A stretch of DNA of 37,398 nt from Salisapilia sapeloensis CBS 127946. Lineage: Eukaryota > Protista > Oomycota. Both the position numbers and the translations under genes were made by a program. The stretch lies in the NCBI GenBank assembly GCA_023334545.1, contig JAADVB010000189.1, forward strand, positions 1-37,398, given 5' to 3'. The notes beneath the pieces are model-generated. The model searched no databases. It was not told the DNA's origin and saw only the letters and a list, made by a program, of their open reading frames with translations. Positions 1 to 11,068 of the stretch are shown piece by piece (position 1 is the first letter of the stretch; every line of letters starts with the position of its first letter).

Positions 1-665
1 GCCACGATCGGAATGCCGAGTCGTTCCTTGACCTCGTACGCCTGCGTCACGAGTGCCATGGACGCCAAGCCATAGAGACGATGGTTGTCTTCGGAGCAAT
101 GGACTTCACAGAAATGCTTATAGTATGGGCCCATGTTGGCGTTAAAGTAGCGCATGGCACATACGATGATGCCGTAGTCGTACTTGGGCGCAATACCATC
201 GACTACTTCTTGCTCCTTATTGTATTCCTGAGCAGCTCGCTTCAGTCCGTTATTGACACTAGCAAGCACTTCCTCCAGAGACATTCTGCCTGGATCAACC
301 ACCAATTGCGGCGCAAAGCGAGCCTCAAAGTACCGGACACCAATGGCATATTGATCACATCCGAGCTCATACGCCACACGTTCCAAGGCGTCAGTCGTAC
401 CAAGGACAGCACACGTATAGCTAAAGCACTCGAGGTACTCTTCCAAACTATTGTACGTCTCTTTAAAGACAGTGGTGTTAAGCTCCTTTGCGTCATACGT
501 TGGCAGCTTTACGCCTTGTTCCTGTGCAAGGTCGATAAGCGTTTCTGGGCGAATGCATCCGTCCAAGTGACAGTGAAGGTCTGTCTTGGGTACTCGACGT
601 AGGAATTCATCCGGGAACTGGTCGTTTTTAGGGAAAGAGGTCTTGGTAGAGTCGTCGGAGCTCAT
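1..665 (-). CDS. ADA: Adenosine deaminase (5' part; CDS continues beyond the left window edge)
   Basis: Open minus-strand frame from ATG at 665 to the edge, 221 codons: MSSDDSTKTSFPKNDQFPDEFLRRVPKTDLHCHLDGCIRPETLIDLA...SLEEYLECF...ALERVAYEL...GVRYFEARFAPQL...GIIVCAMR. PKTDLHCHLDG is the metal-binding HxH motif of the adenosine/AMP deaminase family. It is absent from the ORF track because no stop lies inside the window. Confidence 0.92.
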   Translation of the reverse strand, partial: MSSDDSTKTSFPKNDQFPDEFLRRVPKTDLHCHLDGCIRPETLIDLAQEQGVKLPTYDAKELNTTVFKETYNSLEEYLECFSYTCAVLGTTDALERVAYELGCDQYAIGVRYFEARFAPQLVVDPGRMSLEEVLASVNNGLKRAAQEYNKEQEVVDGIAPKYDYGIIVCAMRYFNANMGPYYKHFCEVHCSEDNHRLYGLASMALVTQAYEVKERLGIPIV

Positions 666-950
666 GATCTAAGAGGCACGGGCCGAGGATCTGTAAAATG
701 TTTTTCAGAGGATGATGGCCATATGAATGATGGTCTTTGATCGCTTTGCCACGTACTTCAAGTTGGTATGAAAAGCTAGTACTGGTCTATCGATCCATGT
801 ACAGTAGAAGATGTATTTACTATCCCTGTCACATCCAAGACACAAGCAAAAGCTGATATGAACGACTCATTGAATGGTAACTAGTTTTGTTATTGATATC
901 AAGTTGAGATGACGAACTCGTGACAAGTTTCGTTGCGCTAGAAAGATATT

Positions 951-3900
951 CTAATCGTCGTCGCCGTACAATGCCGACTTGGACAGCAGCACTGGCATTT
1001 GAATCGGCAACCCGGCTGCAATCTTACTCTCGACTTCCATCGCTTCCACGCGCATATTAAACCACCTACAGAAGAAACATCGTCAGTACATCCACCCCCG
1101 ACTCTAACAACATATAAGTAAACGCACTCTTTCACAGCAGCAGTCGAGTACGGCCATAGATTCCTCGGAATCTCCTCCGCCGCTTTTTCATTCCCAGCAA
1201 GACTCTCCAACTTGCCATACGCATCCTTGGCATCAAACTTGAGCGTCACTTCATCCTCCTTTCGTGCAGCCGTCTCCGCATTCGCGTTCTGAGTCAAGAC
1301 TTCGATCCAGTCTCGCTGCTCTTCAAAGTTCGAAGCGCACAGGACAAACCTCGTGTACCCACTATCGACACTAAAGCAATGGAAGAGCACGACGCGTGTG
1401 CCTTGGGACTGATCCATCTGATTCGGCAGCTCCTGCACGACACTCCCGATGACATTGATCTCTCGTTTCACAGGACCATTCTCCGTATCCGAGTACCCAA
1501 GCTTGTTATTCTGCAAGTAAAAGTGTTTCGGTTTCCACGTATTCTTGTAGATAGTCCCTTGTTTCAACAGCATCCCCTTCTTTTTCCACGTCGCTTGTGG
1601 CACCTTCTTCCCAGACACCACTGCTTCCTTCGACACGTGCGCATCCATATACAACTTGGCCGCAGCGTAGATGGATTCAAGCCGTCGATCGAACTTGAGC
1701 TGGATGTTCTTATCCATCTTCGGCTGGATGTCTGCTTTGTTCGGGGCAAAGTCTTCCGAGATACTGCGCGTCTTCTTCAATGTCGTATCGTGCGCTCCGT
1801 CCGAGTTCCGGCGCTCGACCTTGCCATTCCTTTCGACAGGAGACGACGTCGCGCGTCCAAAGCCACCGCTTGGGGATTTCGGTGACGCCATGGGTGAGTT
1901 CCGAGGCGAACTGCGTGGCGATGGAGACTCTTTACGTGGTGTAGACGATCCCAAGCGTTTGCTTACTGACTCGAGGATGTTGCTCGCACTGTACGACCTC
2001 GAGCGTCGGTTTCCTTCACCTGAATTGTCATTCCCGAGTGACTGGTTAAAGTCGTGTGCGACGGCATCAATCTGTCGACGACTATGTGGTGGTGTATTGA
2101 CAAACGAAGCTCCTTGCTGCGTCCATCCATGCGGCTTCATTGCTCGGAACGCAATGAGCGTTTGGAAAAAGTTGCGTACTTCTCGACTCCAATGCAAAAA
2201 GAGTCGGTAGAAGCACCTCAAGAGTTCAAATCGAAGTTTATCTGCATGTCGTTCTGGGAAACAGTCCCAACTATTGTAAATGAACTCGAGTGTCGTGAGT
2301 ACGACTTGCGTATGTTCAGAATCTAATAGAATACGTAAGGCAGAGCATAGGAAACGAAAGTCAAACGAAGGCGGGAGTAACGACACTTCGTCGTCGGCTG
2401 GGATCGAGTACTGGTCGTCCTGATGGAAGTTCCATCGGTCGTTATTCTCCAAGTGTGATAGGCGGTAGGAGCCGAGTCGAACACGCCAGCTTCGGATCAT
2501 GTACATCCAAACACCAAGGAGTTCAATCGCACCAATGACTGCCGGAACGTCATGGACACTCGTGCTCCGGAGAAGGAACTTGGTCATCGGGTTAATCAGC
2601 CGAGGGTTCGACAGCATCGTACACGACACTTTGTAAAGCGATGGAGGTAACCAGCCAGACTTTTGCGTCTTCAACTCCAGAAAGAAAACCTTTAACACTT
2701 GCGTGTATCCGGGCAGATGCGACCATCCGATCTTTTGGTTCAACACTGCAAGCGTATCAAGTACATACCAGAGCCACTGGTCTACTAGTAGAATATTGAG
2801 CGTATTCGTTTCTCTCGTAAGTCGACGGAATCGAGATTTCCATGCTTCCGATGTAATCTCATACTTATCCTCGGCCTCTTCTTCCTGTGCTTTCAATGCC
2901 TTTTCACCAAACTCGTCATAAATCGCTTTATGGAAACGCCGCCAATCTAAGTGAGCTTCCAATCCATCCATAGCAAACAAATCTGCGCTTGCACTGATTT
3001 GAAAGTCCGATTCAAGTTCCGGGACAAACTCTTCATACGAGTCTGCCCAGAGCTGATACAATTCGACACCAAACGATGGTAGACGGAAGCACAGGACCGA
3101 GAGAATGCGTGCGGCGAAGAACATCAAGTTGTTGTTCATCACGCCACGGACACTAACCGTCTGTAGGACACAGTACTTGGTTTCCACGAGCATCGCACGT
3201 AGTTTCAGTCCGAACTCCAAGTCTTTCTTGGAGATACATGGCGCAGGTTTCGATCCAAACGCAGGTGCAGACACGGTCGAGTCGAAGCCAAGCAACGGCA
3301 AGTCGCTCAACTCGGCACGTTTCACGAGGTAGAAGAGAAGCTCGTAAAAGACATTACGCAACGTATAGTGTCGGACCCGAATGTTATCTAGTAGGAACTG
3401 CCACAAGCGCAGCAAAATGTTTTTCGTCTCGTCCAGAGCTTCCGCAGAGGCGTAGACCCACGACAGCATCGATGCTTTATGAGAGATCTGGAGCATCTTG
3501 AGGACCTTGGTCGCCTTCCGAACCTTGGCTTCTTTATCATCCTTCTGACGCACAGCCATGAGCTCCACGAGATCCTGCATCTTCTCCAACACTCGCTGCG
3601 CTTCCGACGGTATCACGACCTTTGCTTTTCCCTGGAGCTTACGAGAAGTCCCGCCGACGATGACAGAGCTACTAGACGAGATACCGTGTTCGCTAATGAC
3701 ACCACAACGTAGCTGTCGGACGTCTGGAATGCGTTTGAACAAGAGTGTGCCGTAGATAACAGCTACTTGATGTCCCTTTAGCGTCAAACTTTGCTCAAAG
3801 TGGCTCGTGACGAGATAGTCGGATAAGCCCAGTCCGTCTCCTTCATCACTCCCATCCATCTTCCGACGCATACGCTCTTGCAACGCGTCTTCAAAGCTCT

Positions 3901-5110
3901 TTTCTAACGACAGCCAGGTCTGACCAAAGAGAATAGTGTTCTTAATCTCGTCATCGACTTCCACATCGTCCTTACCCTTGTTCTTGAGCTCTTTCTTGTA
4001 CTTTTCTAGTAACGTCGTGAAGCCACCATCCGGATCCGTTGCGATTTGACCTCGTCCGACCAAGAGCTGACGAATCTCAAGCGTTAACGTCGCAGACATG
4101 AGCTCATCAAACGTACTGTAGCGTGTAATTGGTGGCAAGTAATCGTTTGCAGTCGACCACGAGACGGAGACCGGATCTTCCGTCGGTAGCAAGTCATCCA
4201 TCAACTCTTCTTCTGCTCCTGTATCACTCTGACTAGGCAATTGCTGCGAGTTTGGTCGTGATACTCGAGATGACAAGACAGCGAGACGAGCAAGAGATTG
4301 GAAACTAACTTCCTCCACCTCTGCGATCGATCTCTTCTCAGCATGTTTTAATGAATTACCCATGTAAAACTTTTCTCGCGTCCCGATCGTACACTTGTAA
4401 CTGACGGCGAATCTTTTTAGTGGGAGAGAAGTATCTTCTTGGAAATCATGACCTTCTGGACGATCCATCTCGTTCGCGATACTTGGCATCATGATACCAA
4501 CGTCACTCACCGAGATATTCCATTCGCTACATTGCTCCATATAGCAATTAAACACGACACGACCGTTGTCACAACCTGCGAGATGATGGTCATGATGGAC
4601 AGGGCCAGTGGAAATGGTCCATAGGTCGACTTTTGCACTTCCGATGAGAGCTCTGGAGTGGAACGTCCGGTTCGTGAAGACTTTAACCACGAGCGATTTT
4701 TTTGATAACTCTGCAAGAGTCGTTCGATACTCAAACGCGATTAAAAGTCCCTTGTAATTCGGGTTGAGATCTCCTTTAATCACAGGTGTCGAGTACGGAG
4801 ATTTCTCGTCCGGGTCGTCCCAATAGAACTCGACGAACGGATCGCTTTTGCTGCTAAACTTGCGTGGTTGCAAGTTCCGACATTGAATACCTGAAATACG
4901 AACTCGAAATAAACAAGACGTGTCTGGCGTTGACTCCTTGTGGGACTCAAACATGGACTGCAGTGTGTAGCGCGGACTGAGCTTTCGATTGGCGTTTCGT
5001 ACCGGATCGTACATTTCACCAAATTCAATCGTCGCAGCTGAAAGACCGTTTATTGAATCTTGATTCGCACTTCGGGGAGATGTGCCCGAGCTGCTCGTCG
5101 GTGAGTTCAT
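951..5110 (-). CDS. Large C2-domain / DUF1765-like / PH-domain protein (~1365 aa; join 5110-1128, 1065-951)
   Basis: N-terminal C2 (VRISGIQCRNL..KSDPFVEF..TPVIKGDLNPNY..LIGSAKVDL). Helical region with LFLHWSREVRNFFQTLIAFR, resembling DUF1765. PH domain (KKGMLLKQG..WKPKHFYL..LGY..FVLCASNFEEQRDWIEVL). A 62-nt GT..AG intron (1066-1127) with a TACTGAC branch site restores the C-terminus AVKEWFNMRVEAMEVESKIAAGLPIQMPVLLSKSALYGDDD*. Confidence 0.8.
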
Positions 5111-5393
5111 GCTGTTAATGTGGTCGGAAGGACGTTTGCTTATTTATGTGTCTTTCGAGTATAAATGGCACACCAACGTTGTACGAGTACGACTAGGAAA
5201 GGCACAGCAGGTATGAGAAAAAGAGGGAAGGTCGTGCACTGGCGTCCAAGGCGGTCTTCTTCTCGTTCTTCGCCGCGACAAGTTCGGTCGCTTCTCGCCT
5301 TTTTCTGGTGTGTGAGTATATCGGCGCTTTGGCTCAGCTTTGACGCGCTGTCTGGACACCGGACAATATGATACAACCAGACACGTCCGAACG

Positions 5394-5416
5394 CACGTGA
5401 TTGGCGCAAATGACGT
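5394..5416. promoter_or_regulatory. Clustered CACGTG, ATTGG (reverse CCAAT) and TGACGT motifs upstream of the C2-PH gene
   Basis: The sequence CACGTGATTGGCGCAAATGACGT lies ~290 bp upstream of the ATG at 5110, in the divergent intergenic region. Confidence 0.35.
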
Positions 5417-6270
5417 GCCAACTCGTCTTGGAAGTGATATTGAAGTTGAGATGGGGCTATGGAAGACACGATGCTGAGGCAGGGTGTCTCGAGGCATTAC
5501 ATGTTCATGAATATGGGTTTGTAAACGAGGTAGATATGTTGGATGTATGGAGCGGGTGGGCAGGAGATGGGTTGGAGATGCGGGGTTACCACTGTGCGGT
5601 ACGCTTGTAGGCGGTACGTTGGACGCCTAGGTGTACGAAAAGCGGATGAAAAGCTGCTAAAGATACTTTAATCGACGTCGGTTGAGGGTCGATGCCATCG
5701 TGCATGTCCAGGGCAATCGGATAGCAGTATGAACCATTACGATATAAAGAAGCGCTTGTAGTACCTTTTAAGCCAGTTTCATGGATGCAAATCAATGACG
5801 CATTAGTTCTCTTCCGCACGACTAGACTCTTCTTTCTCTCGCTTAAAATGAATCTACACACTTTTACTCCAAGGACAAATAAGTGATGAACACATCGCTA
5901 TGACACTTGCCAGAATTTTCTACGCACATACTATTTGAAACGCTCGGTCGAAACCGTGGCGACAAGCACTTGCACGATTTCATCCAATTCCATCTTTCTT
6001 TTTCCTAGAACATGTAGACCGTACTTGATACTTGCAGTCGAAACCCCCTTACAATAAAGATGCAGTAGTAGACTAGACGACAGCTTACGCATCCCAACTA
6101 TCTTTCGTTTTGTATAGACGAAACGTCAGTCGGACAGCAGCGCATCCTCAAGGGTTGCGAGCACTAGACCGAAGAAAATCGTTCTCACTTACGATCTCGC
6201 GCGATTCGAAGCAGGTCGCTAGAGCTATTCCATTATAAAAGCATTTCGTGAGCACCTTCAGAAGGTAGAC

Positions 6271-8414
6271 ATGGAAGTCTGTGACTCGGAGAACCAGTGT
6301 GAATGCCATCCGATTCCAGACTTGAGCAGCTCCTGTGAATCGCAGGAGAGCACACGCCATGCCAAAGCAGTTGGGCATTATGCAAGCAGCTCCACTGCAT
6401 CCATCGTGTCGGAAGAAGATGACTTTAGCTGCCATCGCATAGGCGGGCAGTCTCCTGAGAAACATACTTTCTTTGGTGAAAATCAGCGACTAAAGCAAGA
6501 TATACAAGAACTACATAAGACGCTAGCAAAGCGTGATGCGCAAGTACAAGAGCTGCAGGAACGGTGCCAGTACTTGGTCGGCAAGTTACAAGAACAAGAT
6601 GAAAGGATTGCTCAAAGCTTAAGTGTATCGGAGCATCCGCTACGATCGAGTGATTTGGACATCGACAGCTCGTCTCAATCCATTGCTCACAACAGCAATA
6701 TGAAAAGATATTCTGGTGCTGGAGCTGCAAGGGAAATGGTAGACGATCGTCTAGACTCGATGGGTTTCTCCGGATCTCGCGTCGAGTCCGTCGTGACTTC
6801 CTTGGCTCAAAGCAGTCGTACGAAGCCTCAAGACATTCCTAAAAATGTCAAAGATCCAGGCCATCGTACTCGATCCAGTAGTAGTGCGTTAGAAAGGATA
6901 GGCAAAGCTGTAGATAAGATCTTCTACTTCTCTCCATCTTCTTCTAAACACTCGTGTCGTGCACGAAAGAAAGTAGAGAAAGACACTTCGAGTTCATCCA
7001 CCAAGTCCGACAAGACTTCTCCTGATTCACGAGAGCTTCGTCGCCAGCGTTCTCTCCATATGATGGAAATGGAACCAACACGACAGCAGACGCATGTCTC
7101 CTCTCGAGCAGCTACCATCGGACGATCGCATAGTGTCACTGCCGACCATGGCTACATCCCGCGACCACCTCGTGACATGTCCAGGAAACTCAGCGCCAGT
7201 GACTTTGGTCTACTAGCAGAACCGGTGGATGATGAAGACAGTAGTGACGACGAAAGCGCTTCAAGTAGAGTCATGAAGCCACCTGCAAGTGACTCTAGTC
7301 TCCAACGCACTCGAACACGCTCTAGCTCACGCAGTTTACGCGACCTGTTCGCTGCCATCGACGACGCAGATAAAGTACCAGAGAGTGGACGACAGATATC
7401 TCGACCAAAGTCATACTCACTTGTGCTAGATGCACCACAGAGTAGCTCTAGCAAGACGCCTGAGAAACTATTGTATGCTACTTTTCTTTCGAAACTACGT
7501 CGTCCTGAATGTCGCGACATGCTCACGTCTGTCCAACGCTTCGTGAACTCAGTGCTCGGACCACGAGGTGACTGTCGCCCACCACGTCCGAAAGACTACG
7601 TCGACTATACGTTCTATGGTTCACACGACTTTAAAGGCCGCTATCGAAACTTTTTCGAGAACCTCGAAGTGGAGCTACGTCACCATCGAGCTTGGAAGTA
7701 TGCTTCCGACGCGGAACTCATACAAGCACGTAACGGAGTGGAAAAGTATGTCATGGACAAGCTCTGCAACGTCGCGATGCACCATCTACCTGAATGTGCG
7801 CATTGGAAGCAGCAGGATGATGCGCTACTTTATCGCATGAAAGTATTGGCGTTCGTGACGCCAGATATGCTCGACATCAATCTTTTGATGCGGAATGAAG
7901 TCGTCTGGTCACTCGCAGAAGACGAGCTACGAAGGATTAACGCATACTGGTCTCCTGGAGATAAACTGAACTGCATCGTCCGATGCTGCAGTGTCATCTT
8001 TGGTGTCTTGAATCTGTCTCGAGCTGCATCTGGAAAGCGACCAGGTGCAGATGACTTTCTACCGATCTTTATCTACATCGTCCTGCGATCGCTTATTCCT
8101 CATCTGTACTCGAATTGTGAGTACATAGCGACCTTCCGGAACAAGCAAGACCTCATGTCCAAGTATTTCTCTTTTTATGCATCAAGCCGATTGGATATCT
8201 AATGCGTATTGCTGTAGAGCTGGATACTGCTTTGTAAATCTACAAAGCGCTATCGAGTTTATCAGTGTCTTGGATGCATCCATGCTATCTGTCTCGGAAG
8301 ATGAGTTCAACAGGTACCTTGTTTTCCTTTATTCTCTTCTAGTAGTCATTTAAAAGACACTTTTGTAGACTGTATGACGAAAGTGAATGCAAGGTACGGA
8401 CAGGAGGGACCTAG
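6271..8414 (+). CDS. VPS9: VPS9-domain Rab5 guanine nucleotide exchange factor (~677 aa; join 6271-8162, 8218-8313, 8369-8414)
   Basis: N-terminal coiled coil and Ser-rich linker, then a Rabex-5-like helical bundle and VPS9 motifs (ELRRINAYWSPGDKLNCIVRCC..PGADDFLPIFIYIVLRS). Two 55-nt introns add the expected AGYCFVNLQSAIEFI helix. Confidence 0.88.
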
Positions 8415-8511
8415 ATGTCGGAGTTAAAGCAGGGTCAACTGAATGAAGTCGTTTTACTTTTTATCCAAACTAGACTACATGCAAGTCGAGTACACCAACG
8501 TTTGTACATGT

Positions 8512-9705
8512 TTACTTGGCAAGTATTGAAATCATTTCTGACTCTGCACTGTCCCATTCATGTGGAGCATCCAGAGCATCGATTCCATCCCACATGACAT
8601 GGAAATGTCGTTGGCTCTTGGCGACAAGGCTCACTCCTCCAAGCATCAATGGGACGATATAAAGCAACGCGGGTTGACCTGATACGACATCTCTCAGTAG
8701 AATCGTCATGACGTTCGCTAGTAGTAGCCCGACTGCGTACGTTGCAAGGGCGACGGCAAAGTAGTCTACTTTGTGCTTTCGTTTGAACTGATGCGACTGG
8801 AGAGCATAGTCAAAGCGTAGGCAGAAAGCAACTAGTAGGCCTGGTAAAGCGATGTCTCCCATGCCCAAGATACTACGTCGCGGCTCGGGAGAGAAGAGGA
8901 CAGGCACGGTGAATAACATTGGGACACCGTCATGAGTAGTGTTATGCTCCGTATCCATTCGATTGTTCCCAGTAGCCACATCTACCATGACGTTGCTGCC
9001 GAAAATGTATGGAGAGACGTAGACAAAGAAGATGTCGTAGGCAAAGGCAGTGAGAAGCAGGCTGAAGGCTACTCGTAAGGACGCTAGCTGCAGCCAGTCG
9101 AGCACTGTTAAGCAGAGTGTGGCACACAAGATGTCTTGGAGCACCCAACCGTAAGAGCTGTCTCGATGCCAATACCACATCACCACAATGCTGAGAGATA
9201 CGAGTGAACTGAGACCAAGGACGAGCAAGTAGGACCGATCATCAAGATGTGGTCGCAGCCGAAACAGTTTATAGCACACTGGCAGCACGACCACATTCGT
9301 GAGTGCGATGGTAGCGCCCATGACAAAGAGCAAATTGACAAGTACCAAGAGATTGACATAGTATAGCAGTAGGAGAGTGCCGGAAGCAGCGAGTAAAAAG
9401 TAGATGGCATGGCGACTCGATAGTCGAAAATGAGGTTCACCCTCGCTATCCAGTACAATATGGTCTGTCGATTCCGGAGATACTTCCACGTCCTTGAGAA
9501 CCTCATCGATGCTACCATACCCACTCTTGTTCTCCGAGCTGCTATTGCGTTCATCGATTGCTATCTTGGCTGATGGGTGGAAAGCATCCTGTCGCGTCGT
9601 CAAAGCCGATCGCTCTACTCGACAGGCATAATAGGCTCCAACAGCTACGACACTGACGCCCATGAGCCACATAAGAAGCATCGATGCATTCCAGACACCC
9701 GACAT
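8512..9705 (-). CDS. Signal peptide peptidase-like intramembrane aspartyl protease (A22B, SPPL2-type, no PA ectodomain)
   Basis: Multi-TM protein with the catalytic YD (FAYDIFFV), GxGD (LGMGDIALPG) and PAL (GQPALLYIVP) motifs. Confidence 0.92.
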   Translation of the reverse strand: MSGVWNASMLLMWLMGVSVVAVGAYYACRVERSALTTRQDAFHPSAKIAIDERNSSSENKSGYGSIDEVLKDVEVSPESTDHIVLDSEGEPHFRLSSRHAIYFLLAASGTLLLLYYVNLLVLVNLLFVMGATIALTNVVVLPVCYKLFRLRPHLDDRSYLLVLGLSSLVSLSIVVMWYWHRDSSYGWVLQDILCATLCLTVLDWLQLASLRVAFSLLLTAFAYDIFFVYVSPYIFGSNVMVDVATGNNRMDTEHNTTHDGVPMLFTVPVLFSPEPRRSILGMGDIALPGLLVAFCLRFDYALQSHQFKRKHKVDYFAVALATYAVGLLLANVMTILLRDVVSGQPALLYIVPLMLGGVSLVAKSQRHFHVMWDGIDALDAPHEWDSAESEMISILAK

Positions 9706-9798
9706 GCCTCGGGTCGATCGGTACGAGATTTGTCGGCTCGTTCTTACGACCTTCGAGCAACTTTACTAATAGGTACATCATACCGCATGCGTCTGGCT

Positions 9799-11019
9799 AT
9801 GATGGAGTCTTCCGGGGAGCAATGGCGAAATCTCGTGGCGTTCTGGTTGCTAGGTTATATCAACAACCTCGGTTATGTAATCATGATTGCTGGTGCCCAA
9901 GAGATCTCTGCTGGCGGTGTCGGTCTAGTCTACTTTTTTGACATCTTCCCTGCACTCGCCGTCAAACTCACGGGTCCGTATTGGTTCCCTTATGTCTCCT
10001 ATCGTCTGCGGACGTTCGCCGGGTCCTGTTTCATGCTCTTGAGCTTTTGGATAGTTGCTCTTGGACAGCACTCGCTGTCATTACAGCTACTTGGAGTCGC
10101 CTTCTCCGGTCTCCAGTCCGGTATGATGGAAGCATCCTTCCTGGCTTTAGCCTCTTTCTATGACAGTCGCAAGTGCATCACGTGCTGGTCGAGTGGCACT
10201 GGTCTTGCTGGTGTAGGTGGATATGCCTGGGTTGCCACCATCCATCTCTGGCTCGGCTATAGCTTTCCTACTACGCTCATGCTTGCATCAATCTTCCCTC
10301 TTGCCTACCTCCTAGTGTTTATCGTACTCCTGGATACGAGTCATCTCCCTGTCCCAAGCAACTGCATCTACTCTGCGATTCCAGAGACTGATATGGATAA
10401 AACAGAGGCACAGAAGGCATTCCAGCCATCGACATTAAGTAGAGACACAGAGGAAGTAGAGGCTTTACGAGGCACACGCCAACGTCTACGCTTTGCAATG
10501 ACACTCGGACCGTACATGATCCCATTGACTGTCGTCTACTTTGCAGAGTACACGATGCAGACAGGTGTATGGTCCGCCATCGGCTTCCCCGTCCACGATG
10601 AAGCAGCCCGCCAACAGTTCTACGCGAGCGCCGGTCTGTGCTACCAAACCGGTGTCTTCCTCTCTCGCTCTTCCGGTGTCCTCTTCCAAGCGACAAGACG
10701 AGTGCTGTATCTAATGCCGGCACTCCAGACTCTACTCCTCATCTTCTTCTCGCTCGTTGCGACGTACCACTTCTGGTACAACTGGTCTCTCCTCATCTTT
10801 TGCTTCATTGCAGGGCTACTAGGCGGAGGTGTCTACGTAAATGCATTCACACTCATATCCACAGAGGTAGCACCCAGCCGAGTAGAATTTGCACTGAGTG
10901 CTGCTTCCCTCGGTGACACGGTGGGTGTTATGATGGCCGACTTGGCTGGACTAATACTACAAGGCTGTCTCTACTCTATCAATCGACTACCTGGAGCTAC
11001 GGTCAACATCACGTGCTAA
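9799..11019 (+). CDS. CLN3: CLN3/battenin (BTN1) lysosomal/vacuolar membrane protein (~406 aa)
   Basis: RNLVAFWLLGYINNLGYVIMIAGAQEI, WSSGTGLAGVGG, PLTVVYFAEYTMQTG, YQTGVFLSRSS and GLLGGGVYVNAF are CLN3-family motifs. Probable start at 9799; the upstream ORF extension overlaps the SPPL gene. Confidence 0.92.
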   Translation: MMESSGEQWRNLVAFWLLGYINNLGYVIMIAGAQEISAGGVGLVYFFDIFPALAVKLTGPYWFPYVSYRLRTFAGSCFMLLSFWIVALGQHSLSLQLLGVAFSGLQSGMMEASFLALASFYDSRKCITCWSSGTGLAGVGGYAWVATIHLWLGYSFPTTLMLASIFPLAYLLVFIVLLDTSHLPVPSNCIYSAIPETDMDKTEAQKAFQPSTLSRDTEEVEALRGTRQRLRFAMTLGPYMIPLTVVYFAEYTMQTGVWSAIGFPVHDEAARQQFYASAGLCYQTGVFLSRSSGVLFQATRRVLYLMPALQTLLLIFFSLVATYHFWYNWSLLIFCFIAGLLGGGVYVNAFTLISTEVAPSRVEFALSAASLGDTVGVMMADLAGLILQGCLYSINRLPGATVNITC

Positions 11020-11068
11020 TATGATTGTATCTGTATTCAAGTAGACAGAATCGATAGATTACGATGAT

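Noticed and set aside
81-602. 173-aa plus-strand ORF (and the 242-496 minus ORF)
   Set aside because: Antisense or alternate-frame shadows of the adenosine deaminase CDS, which has the recognisable motifs.
938-1127. ORF-track C-terminus of the C2-PH protein (..VGGLICAWKRWKSR..)
   Set aside because: Read-through of a 62-nt intron; the spliced frame gives a more plausible end at 951.
5140-5861. Several 68-117-aa ORFs in the divergent intergenic region
   Set aside because: No recognisable motifs, overlapping in several frames; the region looks like promoter/5' UTR.
9577-9798. N-terminal extension of the CLN3 ORF
   Set aside because: Overlaps the SPPL CDS on the opposite strand; family similarity starts after Met 9799.
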